A DNA stretch of 46,095 bases from Armatimonadia bacterium (GTDB taxonomy: Bacteria > Armatimonadota > Zipacnadia > Zipacnadales > UBA11051). Below, piece after piece: positions 1 to 7,914 of the stretch (its first letter is position 1; the number at the start of each line of letters is the position of its first letter). A model generated the notes under the pieces. It was given only the letters and a program-made list of their open reading frames with translations, was not told the origin of the DNA and did no database searches. A program made the position numbers and the translations under genes. The stretch spans positions 1 through 46,095 of the forward strand of contig JBDKRC010000348.1 in NCBI GenBank assembly GCA_039683575.1, given 5' to 3'.

Positions 1-54
1 TCAGCCCTGCGCGACGGCGAGAGGCTCGATGTGCCGGACTGGGGCGATGGTTAG
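1..54 (+). CDS. 3' end of an upstream gene, probably a Gfo/Idh/MocA oxidoreductase (partial)
   Basis: Frame 1 reads SALRDGERLDVPDWGDG* (TAG 52-54), resembling the S-A-x-x-x-G-E-x-L-x-(I/V)-P tail of Gfo/Idh/MocA proteins. Only 17 codons are visible. Confidence 0.45.
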   Translation, partial: SALRDGERLDVPDWGDG

Positions 55-66
55 CCTCAGCCCCTG

Positions 67-186
67 CTGTACTACTGGCCGCCAGCAGCAATGGCAGGGA
101 CCTTCGCTGCATCGGCTTGGCCTCAAATACGCACCCCGGATCGCGGCCGGTGTAGCACCATTACGTCTGGGGCGCCAGTACTACAG
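67..186. repeat. ~120-bp MITE-like element with imperfect terminal inverted repeats
   Basis: CTGTACTACTGGC (67-79) and GCCAGTACTACAG (174-186) are 12/13 inverted matches. Near-direct repeats flank it: CTCAGCCCCTG (56-66) and CTCAGCCTCTG (189-199). Confidence 0.35.
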
Positions 187-318
187 TGCTCAGCCTCTGG
201 CGCGTGGCCCCGATGCGCTGCTCGGGGATGGGATTGACCGCAGCTCCGCGTCGCTCTGGTGCCCTTTGCGCCATTCGACCTGCTCGGTTCGCTTCGCGAC
301 GCCCTTTACCCCAAAGAC

Positions 319-352
319 AACGGCCCCAGAATCCGTAGATTCTGGGGCCGTT
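319..352 (-). terminator. Intrinsic terminator-like hairpin downstream of the Flp pilin gene
   Basis: Perfect 15-bp stem AACGGCCCCAGAATC-cgta-GATTCTGGGGCCGTT, followed on the minus strand by GTCTTT. Confidence 0.7.
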
Positions 353-494
353 CGAATAGTACAAGGGACCGCCTAACAACGCTGCTGATGTCCCAAGAGG
401 CTGCCTTGCCCTATTGTTTGGTTTCAGTAATGGGCTGTGATGAGCGCCGAGGGTTGGCGAGAGTTTCCGGCGCGGTGGTCTCTTGCCGGTGACG

Positions 495-659
495 CTAACT
501 GCCTGGCATGCTTGCGGCAGCGCTGTTGACGACGCCCTTGATATGTGGGTCACCAAGTTGCGACCAGGCGCCAAGGGCAGCAATCGCCACCAGTGCGAGC
601 AACAGGGCATACTCGACGGTCGTCAATCCTTCTTCGTCCTGCCAGAGTATCCTAAGCAT
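495..659 (-). CDS. flp: Flp family type IVb pilin (54 aa)
   Basis: MLRILWQDEEG|LTTVEYALLLALVAIAALGAWSQLG: prepilin cleavage Gly, E+5/Y+6 Flp motif and hydrophobic helix. RBS AAAGGA precedes ATG 659. Confidence 0.88.
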   Translation of the reverse strand: MLRILWQDEEGLTTVEYALLLALVAIAALGAWSQLGDPHIKGVVNSAAASMPGS

Positions 660-780
660 GACTGCATCCTTTCCCTGACCTGACGCCGGGGTCGGTGTCG
701 AGTTCTCGGCGGTAGACTGCGCGCTGTGCGATGGCACTGCCGGCCAACTAACCACATTGGTTGTTCGGCTCAACAGCGCC

Positions 781-834
781 ATACAGAGACTCTCTGTATC
801 GTGTTAAGATACTCGGTAGGCTTCGCATTACCAA
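781..834 (-). promoter_or_regulatory. Putative sigma70-type promoter for flp with an adjacent palindrome
   Basis: Minus strand TTGGTA-N17-TATCTT, followed by the perfect palindrome ATACAGAGA-c-TCTCTGTAT (781-799). Confidence 0.35.
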
Positions 835-954
835 CAAGAATCTCGCAACATCCGCTCAAGCAGAGCGGGTGGTGGGGCCCGTTGACGACTGCCTCTTTCC
901 GCCGAGCATTCGGGGGAGCATCGCGGCGCAAGCGGCAGACGCCAAGTCCCACCG

Positions 955-980
955 GGAGGGGACGTGGTGGGAATGGGGAA
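955..980 (+). promoter_or_regulatory. AGGG-N17-GAA promoter-like motif
   Basis: ggAGGG gacgtggtgggaatggg GAA, 78 nt before ATG 1058. The same pattern recurs upstream of other genes. Confidence 0.35.
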
Positions 981-1057
981 AGTTCAACACTGATTGCAGT
1001 AGCCACGACGGATTGAGTGTTCCGGAGCCAGACAGCCGGAACTGGAGAGGTGACGAG

Positions 1058-3253
1058 ATGACCGGCCGCCAAGCAGCAGCGACGACCGTCTGTACCGCTC
1101 TGCTCATCCTGGGCATGGTGAGCACCGCAATGGCCGGAGGGCCCGACGGAAGGGGGGCTGGGACGGTACAGAGCGGAAACCGCCTCGTCGCCCGCAACGA
1201 TTACGGGGTGAGCCGGTCTTACCTGCCACCGCTCATCATGCAGCGGCGCTTCTGGAACATGCTGCCCTACTGGTCCCCGCAGTCGAACCAGAACAAGATG
1301 ATGGCACAGCATGTACTTCCGGAACCCATGGTCCGCGACGCGGCGCGGTGCTACTACCTCGGCGACCTGCGTGCGGCAAGCGGCGATCCCCTGGCAGTCA
1401 ACGGCGAGGGCCTGCTCAAGCTCGCCGTCGATCCTCGCCTGCCCTTTGTGGTCTATACCTCGGCCGGACGCCCGCCGTTCCGTTGCCTCGACGACTTCCA
1501 GGTTGACGCCACGGCGTATCAATCGTGGAAGGCGGCACACCCCAACTTCCTGGGCTTCTGGACAGGCGTGGAATGGGACAACGAGTACGTCAGCCCGCTG
1601 TCCGACCCCAAACGGGGGATCGAAGCGGCCCGTAAGCATGGCTGCTCGGAGGCGGCCCTTACCCGGATGCAGGCGCTTCTGGCGCGCGCGGCTACCAGCC
1701 GGGAGGGGGCGGTACAGGGACTGGAGGAGTGCTATCGCGGCCTGCGGCGGTACTACTTCGACGATCCGGACAAGATGGTCTTCCTGCGAGGCGGCTGGTG
1801 TTTCGATCACTATGCGCTGGAGTGGGGAAGCGGAATGGCGATCTCGGAGACGACCAATACCGGGCTCTACCGGCACCAGGTGTCGCTGTTCAGCGTCCGC
1901 GGAGCGGCGCGTCAGTACAGTCGGCCGTGGCAGTGGTACATCGCCACCTACTACAACGGCTGTGACAAGGACGGCAAGCCGACGGTAAACAACGAGCCCA
2001 ACTACACGAGCCCGGTCCGGTCCATGGCGGCCGGGGCCGGCGAGAACGCGGGGCCCGGGTATGGCATGTCTGTCTCGCTGAGCCGGCGGGATAAGTATCT
2101 CGCCTACCTCTGCGGCGCGAGTCTCGTCCAGCATGAGGACTGGCCGCGCACCTACTGTCAGCCTGCCGAGGGCAAGCCGGACGAGTGGGTTCTGTCCCCG
2201 CACGGCGAGGCGATGAAGGAATGGTACGATTTCACTCAAAAACACCCTGACCGGGGCGTCAGCTATGCTCCAGTGGCGCTGCTTTTGCCGTTCAATCAGG
2301 GCCTGCCACAGTGGGGCGGAAGTCCCTGGTCGCATTTCCAGCCAGAGCGGCCTGACACAATGATAGACGACTTCCTCTACACTCTGGCGCCCTTCTCGCA
2401 GGACCTGCCGAAGGGCCAAGAAGGCTGCCTCGCCAACAGCGAGTTCGGCGACCTGTATGATATCCTGGTGGCGAACCCGACGAGCGGACCCACGCCGCTG
2501 GCGACCCTACTGAACTACAAGGTAGTCATCCTGCTTGGCAAGGTAGACGTTGGACCTGCGCTGGCCGCGCGACTAATGGAGTACGTCCGGCGGGGCGGCT
2601 CACTGGTGATCAACAGCCGACAGGTCAGCGACAGCCTGCCAACGACGTTTCTCGGCGCCAAGCCCACGGGAAAAGTGGCTCCCGTCGAGGGCCGCGTGGT
2701 GGCCGTGCCGGGCGACAACAGGATTGGCCTGACGACGCCCTATGACTACGAGCAGACGGAGTTGAGTGGGGCTGAGCCTCTGTGGCGTGACGGCAAGGGC
2801 GGCCTCCTGGCCAGCGTGAACCGCTTCGGCCGCGGCCGCGTGGTCCTGACTACGGTGGACTGTATGGTGCCTCGGGAGCGTGTGGACCTGGTGGCGAAGA
2901 ATACAAGAATGCCTTTGGTCGAACTCCTCATGCGGCAGATTGTACGGGAGGTGCTGCCGCTGGAGGTCCGTGGCGATGTGGAATACGGCCTCAACAAAGT
3001 GTCCGATGGTTGGTGGGTGTATCTGATCAACAATAAGGGCGTGACCAAGTACACGACGACCCCGGAGGAACTGGACCCGGCAGCCACCGCGAGGGTAACG
3101 GTGAGAATGCGCGCCCTGCGGGCCAGCTCCGTCCGTGAGTTGCGGCAGGGCACACGGATTGCCGTGGACGCGCGACGGAACGCCTTCACCATCGACGTCG
3201 GCCCAGGCGATGTCCGCATCATCCACATCGTCACTGATGGCGCGACACGCTAG
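1058..3253 (+). CDS. Secreted hypothetical protein, likely carbohydrate-active, with a C-terminal class I glutamine amidotransferase-like (GH42 trimerisation-like) region
   Basis: RBS GGAGAGG, signal peptide MTGRQAAATTVCTALLILGMVSTAMA, aromatic-rich core, and YKVVILLG...LMEYVRRGGSLVI...FGRGRVVL. The ORF track starts it earlier (761), which is unlikely. Confidence 0.7.
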   Translation: MTGRQAAATTVCTALLILGMVSTAMAGGPDGRGAGTVQSGNRLVARNDYGVSRSYLPPLIMQRRFWNMLPYWSPQSNQNKMMAQHVLPEPMVRDAARCYYLGDLRAASGDPLAVNGEGLLKLAVDPRLPFVVYTSAGRPPFRCLDDFQVDATAYQSWKAAHPNFLGFWTGVEWDNEYVSPLSDPKRGIEAARKHGCSEAALTRMQALLARAATSREGAVQGLEECYRGLRRYYFDDPDKMVFLRGGWCFDHYALEWGSGMAISETTNTGLYRHQVSLFSVRGAARQYSRPWQWYIATYYNGCDKDGKPTVNNEPNYTSPVRSMAAGAGENAGPGYGMSVSLSRRDKYLAYLCGASLVQHEDWPRTYCQPAEGKPDEWVLSPHGEAMKEWYDFTQKHPDRGVSYAPVALLLPFNQGLPQWGGSPWSHFQPERPDTMIDDFLYTLAPFSQDLPKGQEGCLANSEFGDLYDILVANPTSGPTPLATLLNYKVVILLGKVDVGPALAARLMEYVRRGGSLVINSRQVSDSLPTTFLGAKPTGKVAPVEGRVVAVPGDNRIGLTTPYDYEQTELSGAEPLWRDGKGGLLASVNRFGRGRVVLTTVDCMVPRERVDLVAKNTRMPLVELLMRQIVREVLPLEVRGDVEYGLNKVSDGWWVYLINNKGVTKYTTTPEELDPAATARVTVRMRALRASSVRELRQGTRIAVDARRNAFTIDVGPGDVRIIHIVTDGATR

Positions 3254-5394
3254 TACTCTGTCCGGGCGATCATCTCAGCCTGCGCCGCAGGCGAGAGTGC
3301 GACGAAGAACTCACTGAAGCCGGTGACGCGCACGCACAGGCTGCGGAATTGGGCTGGGTTGGCCTGGGCTGCCGATAGCGTTGCGCGGTCCACGAAGGTG
3401 AAGCCTACGTGAATGCCCCCAAGGGCAAAATAGCTCTCCACCAGCCGCAGTGCCATTTCGGGCTCAGGGCGGAATGCCAGCTTCAGGTTCAGCCCGCCCG
3501 TGGGCGTGCGCCCAAGGGGAAGACGAGCGACACTGCGCAGCAGGGCCGTGATCCCGGCGCGATCCGTGCCCAGTACAGGGGACTGGTTCTCGCTGATCGG
3601 CTCGCCAGTCAGTCGGCCATCAGGCGTGGCCGGGAGTTGGTCGCCCCAACCCAGGTGGCAGTGCAGCGAGTAGATCGCCGGAAAGAGCAGACAGCTGCCG
3701 GGGTTCGGGGCCGCCGCGAGAGCGTCCAGAGCAATCTCGCACACGCGCCTGGCCAACTCATCCGCCTCTATCTGATCGTTGCCGTACTTGGGTAGCGCAT
3801 TGACGATCTCCTGACGCAGGGGCTCGTGCCCGGCGAAACGATTTGCGACAATGGCGAGAAACTCCGACAGGCCGAAGCGCTGCTGCTCAAAGACCAGCTT
3901 CTGGATCGCCAGCAGCGAGTTGGTGACGGTCGCCACGCCCCCAAGGTAGTGGTATTGGGTACAGTACCGCAGACCGCCGCGGCCCAGGTCACGTCCCCGC
4001 GCAACGCAGTCCCCCAGCAGCACCGACTCGAAGTGGAAGTCGTGAGGCGCCCCGCGCATGGCGCCTGTGGTCTGCGCCACCGACGCGGTGAGGAGCGAGG
4101 CCGCAACCTGGGCGAAGGCCGCAAGCACGTCGTCGAGGCTGCGCATCGCTGCTACGGACGCCAGCCCCGCCACGGCCTGACCGCCGGTGACCGGGTCGCG
4201 CCCTTCGTCCAGGGCCATCAGGAGCCAGTGGGCCATGTTGTGAAAGGCATCACCGCCAGCGAAGTCAAACAAGCCCGGCAGGTTTATGCGGTTGCACGCG
4301 GTCAGTGAATAGCCGTAGGCATCGTCAGGGGAGAAACCCAGGCGCTCGAGCTGCGGAATGATGAGGTCATCGTTCCAGAACTGGAGCTGTGCATGACAGG
4401 CTGGCAGCGCCTGCGCGACCGCCTGCTTTAGCTGCGGCGAACTGCTGCGGCTCAGTCGCACGTTCAGCTCGGGCTGGGGCATCTTCACCAGAGAGGCAGC
4501 CTCCAGGATCAGCAACGTGAGTTCGTTCGTCTCGTCATCTCCTGCGGGTGAGCGGCCGCCGAGGACCACGTACTGGTTCGAAGCGAATGACGGAGTTGGT
4601 TTGCTGCGGTAGTTGTCAGTGGTGGTGCCCGTAATCTCCTTCGTCTTCATCAGGAAGTGAGCGAGGTAGGTTCGCGCCAGGTCGGGCGTAAGCGTCCCAT
4701 CGGCCAGGCCCTGCTGGTAGAGGGGCAGCAGGATCTGGTCCAGGCGCCCCAAGGCGAAGTCCCGAGCGCCGACATAGCAACTCAACACAAGGTGTACGAG
4801 CCAGATCCCCTGCAAGGCAGCGAAAAAGTCAGGGGCTGGCCCTGCCGGGGCAGCCTGCAGCGCCCGCGCTGCGCGCGTTAGCTCCTCCCGGCGCGCCGGT
4901 GCCGCCGTGCGAGCCTCGGCGAGGGCCGCGCTGGCGTAGCGGGCAGCATAGTCGCTGACCGCTGTGCAGCAGCGAGCGGCATTTTCGGCGAAGGCCAGCG
5001 CTTCATCGTCGCCGAGGCGTTCGGCCGTCGCCTGAGCGTCGGCGGCTATGGCGGTGAGGCCACGCGACAACAGGGCCGGCCAGTCGGGCGTCAGATGCCC
5101 CCGGGAGCCGAAGCCCGGCAGTGACGGAAGATAGGTGCTCCCGCTGGGCAGCGGACCTTCGACCATCCGGCCCAGAATGAGGTCTTCCGGCGCGATGGGG
5201 GTGGAGGCTGCGTCCAGGAGCCGTTCCAGAATCGTCGCGTAGCGCCTCTCCGCCGGCAGCGTGTCAAGCACCGGCGCCAACTCGTCGAGCACGCGCTGGC
5301 GCTCCACGAAGCAGTGGGTATTGTCCCCGGCAAAGATCCGGTCACGCAGACCGTCCAGCCGAGCTATGAGATCGGGATCTGCAATACTGGCCAT
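3250..5394 (-). CDS. Glycyl radical enzyme (pyruvate formate-lyase superfamily, not canonical PFL)
   Basis: C-terminal Gly-radical loop LCVRVTGFSEFF; also GRLDQILLP, PKYGND, ATPDGR and Cys loop SLTACNRIN. RBS GGAGA precedes ATG 5394; about 714 aa. Confidence 0.88.
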   Translation of the reverse strand: MASIADPDLIARLDGLRDRIFAGDNTHCFVERQRVLDELAPVLDTLPAERRYATILERLLDAASTPIAPEDLILGRMVEGPLPSGSTYLPSLPGFGSRGHLTPDWPALLSRGLTAIAADAQATAERLGDDEALAFAENAARCCTAVSDYAARYASAALAEARTAAPARREELTRAARALQAAPAGPAPDFFAALQGIWLVHLVLSCYVGARDFALGRLDQILLPLYQQGLADGTLTPDLARTYLAHFLMKTKEITGTTTDNYRSKPTPSFASNQYVVLGGRSPAGDDETNELTLLILEAASLVKMPQPELNVRLSRSSSPQLKQAVAQALPACHAQLQFWNDDLIIPQLERLGFSPDDAYGYSLTACNRINLPGLFDFAGGDAFHNMAHWLLMALDEGRDPVTGGQAVAGLASVAAMRSLDDVLAAFAQVAASLLTASVAQTTGAMRGAPHDFHFESVLLGDCVARGRDLGRGGLRYCTQYHYLGGVATVTNSLLAIQKLVFEQQRFGLSEFLAIVANRFAGHEPLRQEIVNALPKYGNDQIEADELARRVCEIALDALAAAPNPGSCLLFPAIYSLHCHLGWGDQLPATPDGRLTGEPISENQSPVLGTDRAGITALLRSVARLPLGRTPTGGLNLKLAFRPEPEMALRLVESYFALGGIHVGFTFVDRATLSAAQANPAQFRSLCVRVTGFSEFFVALSPAAQAEMIARTEY

Positions 5395-5532
5395 GTCTCG
5401 TCTCTCCGCGCCTGTGCTGCGCGTTTCCAAAGTCGTTGTCGCGAAAACCAGAGGCCACTATCGCCCCCTGCAAGCAAGCAGCGCCGCCGGGATGCTCACA
5501 CATCGGGCAGAAATGCCGTCCACACTCAGATT

Positions 5533-7863
5533 CTACAGCCCCGGAATTCTGTAGGTCCAGATGTTAGTGTTGGCGGCGTAGCACAGGCGCCCGTTTACGA
5601 GCGCCCCGCCGGCAGTGATGGGGACAGGCGGGCGCGCGAGCAATTCATGCTTGAGGCCGCCGGGGGCAACCCTGATGATCGCGTTACTCATCAGCGCGTA
5701 AATCGCACCGTCGGGACCTGTATGCAGGCCATGGCGCACAGCCCCTCCGTATGTGGCCCAGGGCTCTGTATGCAACACCTTTCTGGCTGCGGGATCGAAC
5801 GTGAAGAAGACCGATCCACCAGTGAGGCCATAGACCAGCCCGTCCGGTCCGACCGTCAGGCTAACGATCGATGACTGACCAGGAACGGGAGCCATGTGGA
5901 AGCTCAGTTTCCTGGTCTTCCAGTCGATGAGGTACAACTCCGCATCTTTGGCGGTCGGGTGTCCCCCACCGGGCGCTGCGATATCAGTGCCGCCGACCAG
6001 GTCGCCGTTGGGCAGTACCCCCAAAGCGATGCAACTGTGGCCGGGGAGCAAGTCTTTGTCAGCCGACAGCAGTTGTGATTGCCGGGTCTCGATGTTGTAG
6101 ATGCCGATTCCACCGCCGACCAACCCATAGCCGGCATACCCGGCCATCAGGAAGTGCTTGCCATCGGGGTGAGCCAGCGCCGCTCGCGGCCTGCAAATGT
6201 CGTCATGCCAGCCGGCAACCACGTACGGATTGGCAATCTTGCCGGCATTCGGGTCGGGGAGACGTTCTTTGCTGAGTTGCATCGAGCAGATCGAAAACCA
6301 AGGCTTCTTGCCCGAGGTATCCAGCAGCGTCGTAGTGAAGGCGTGCTCGCCGGCAGCCAATTTCAGCGGCCCGAAGACCTGCATCGTCCCGGTCTGGGTG
6401 TCCATGGCAGAGGCGTCAAGGGGCTTCCCGAGTGGCTGGCCGTCGAGGGCGAACTGCACCCGGCAGTAGTTGGGGCTGAGCAGAGGCAGGAGCTGCAGAT
6501 AATAGCTGCCGCCCTCGGCCACGCGCAGCTTGAACGAGCCCTGCGCGCCGAAGGTATCGCCACAGAAAAACGCGGCATCATAGCCCGTCAGGTAAGTGAA
6601 GTGCCCGTTGGTGAAGCTACCGGTCTTGATGAGGGCGTCCGCTTTGAGCGCCAGGTCTTCACGGCTGCCCGCGGGATTGAAGGGCGCAGTCGTGTCGAAC
6701 AGCCACATCGTGCCGGATGAGTAGACCGCCCCCATCACGTACTTGCCCAGAGCAGCGATCGAGCACATGTTGCCGCCACCGATGCCCGGCACCGCGCCGT
6801 AGTCGCTTAGTTGGCCGCTGCGGGCGTCCAACCGCACAAAGTGCATGGGGTGGCAGGTCGAGGCGTAGACGATGCCCTCGGGCCCGAGCCCAAGGCTGGT
6901 AACCGAGGCCCCGCCGGACTCATACTCGAACCGGATGCGCTTGCTATCGCCTGTTTTCGGGTTCTGTATCGTCATCCACTTGTCCGGCATACTATACGCC
7001 GCGAGCTTGCGGCCGTCCGGAAAAGTCGTGTGCACCTGTCCGTAGTACACTTTGCCGGTGGGGATCGCTTTGGCGAGACTGGCCGGAGCGGCGGGAGTTG
7101 CCTTCCCTTCGAACAAGACGAAGGTTTTGCCGTTGATGCTGCCAGCTACCTTGCCGTCCTCAGTCGCATAGACCGATGCCGTGCCATGCACCCGGTCCTC
7201 CTCGGCAGCCAACTGCACCATCTTCCCCGTAGCTATGTTGCAGGCCACGATGTTCTGCCGGGCGGTGCCGATACCGCCGTAGACCCATCCTGCGCTGTCG
7301 GCAGCCAGAGACTGGAGGTACTCCTCAGCCGGGTCCATGCGCCCGTAGCTCTTGGCCTCTTGTGTTGCCGGGTTGTACGAGACAAGTTGACAGCCCAGCC
7401 CGCCGGCCCAGATCATCCCGCCGGAATCCTCGGCGAAGGACAGATAGCAGCTTGTCGGCACAGGCCTACCATGCCAGAGCCATTTGCCGCTCTGAGGGTC
7501 AAACTCGCCGATGTCGCCGCCCTGCGCGGTGTAGAAGCGGCCGTTGGAGGCCATCAGAGACCCAAAAGTGTAATTCTGGGCTTCGACAGGGCAGTATACC
7601 TGCGTGGTCTTTCCGGAGTCGATGTCCGTGACGACGAGGTAACCGCGGGCCGCCTGATCCAGCGCGACGCCAATGACGAGGCTGCGTCCATCGGCGGTCT
7701 GCGTTGTGACGACGCCGCGAGCCTCGGCCACCGTGGCGCCGATCCCGTGATCGGTGAAGGGATTGGCCCCGGCGGCATCCTGGGCGCCGACGGATGATGA
7801 TAGCAGTGGCAGGGCAAAGCAGAACATGAACAGAGACCGTAGCGTGCGCAAAATACACCTCAT
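5533..7863 (-). CDS. Secreted beta-propeller protein with an inserted beta-sandwich (CBM-like) domain
   Basis: Signal peptide; repeated blade motifs (SLAADSAGWVYGG, SLGLGPEGIVYAS, SLTVGPDGLVYG, LHTGPDGAIY); internal GSYYL...VQFALDG...LKLAAGEH segment. Confidence 0.7.
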   Translation of the reverse strand: MRCILRTLRSLFMFCFALPLLSSSVGAQDAAGANPFTDHGIGATVAEARGVVTTQTADGRSLVIGVALDQAARGYLVVTDIDSGKTTQVYCPVEAQNYTFGSLMASNGRFYTAQGGDIGEFDPQSGKWLWHGRPVPTSCYLSFAEDSGGMIWAGGLGCQLVSYNPATQEAKSYGRMDPAEEYLQSLAADSAGWVYGGIGTARQNIVACNIATGKMVQLAAEEDRVHGTASVYATEDGKVAGSINGKTFVLFEGKATPAAPASLAKAIPTGKVYYGQVHTTFPDGRKLAAYSMPDKWMTIQNPKTGDSKRIRFEYESGGASVTSLGLGPEGIVYASTCHPMHFVRLDARSGQLSDYGAVPGIGGGNMCSIAALGKYVMGAVYSSGTMWLFDTTAPFNPAGSREDLALKADALIKTGSFTNGHFTYLTGYDAAFFCGDTFGAQGSFKLRVAEGGSYYLQLLPLLSPNYCRVQFALDGQPLGKPLDASAMDTQTGTMQVFGPLKLAAGEHAFTTTLLDTSGKKPWFSICSMQLSKERLPDPNAGKIANPYVVAGWHDDICRPRAALAHPDGKHFLMAGYAGYGLVGGGIGIYNIETRQSQLLSADKDLLPGHSCIALGVLPNGDLVGGTDIAAPGGGHPTAKDAELYLIDWKTRKLSFHMAPVPGQSSIVSLTVGPDGLVYGLTGGSVFFTFDPAARKVLHTEPWATYGGAVRHGLHTGPDGAIYALMSNAIIRVAPGGLKHELLARPPVPITAGGALVNGRLCYAANTNIWTYRIPGL

Positions 7864-7914
7864 TCGCAGAAGACATTATCGTTCTTCTATGGGTACCTGG
7901 GGTAGGCCGAGCCC

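Noticed and set aside
680-1020. Possible c-di-GMP riboswitch upstream of flp
   Set aside because: I could not find the GEMM or c-di-GMP-II consensus on either strand, only short hairpins.
761-1057. Long N-terminal extension of the 761..3253 ORF
   Set aside because: RBS and signal peptide point to ATG 1058; the extension covers promoter-like DNA.
770-2419. Long antisense ORFs (also 18987-20354, 24405-25568, 35700-37055, 39178-40335)
   Set aside because: Shadow frames of GC-rich coding genes with no recognisable motifs.
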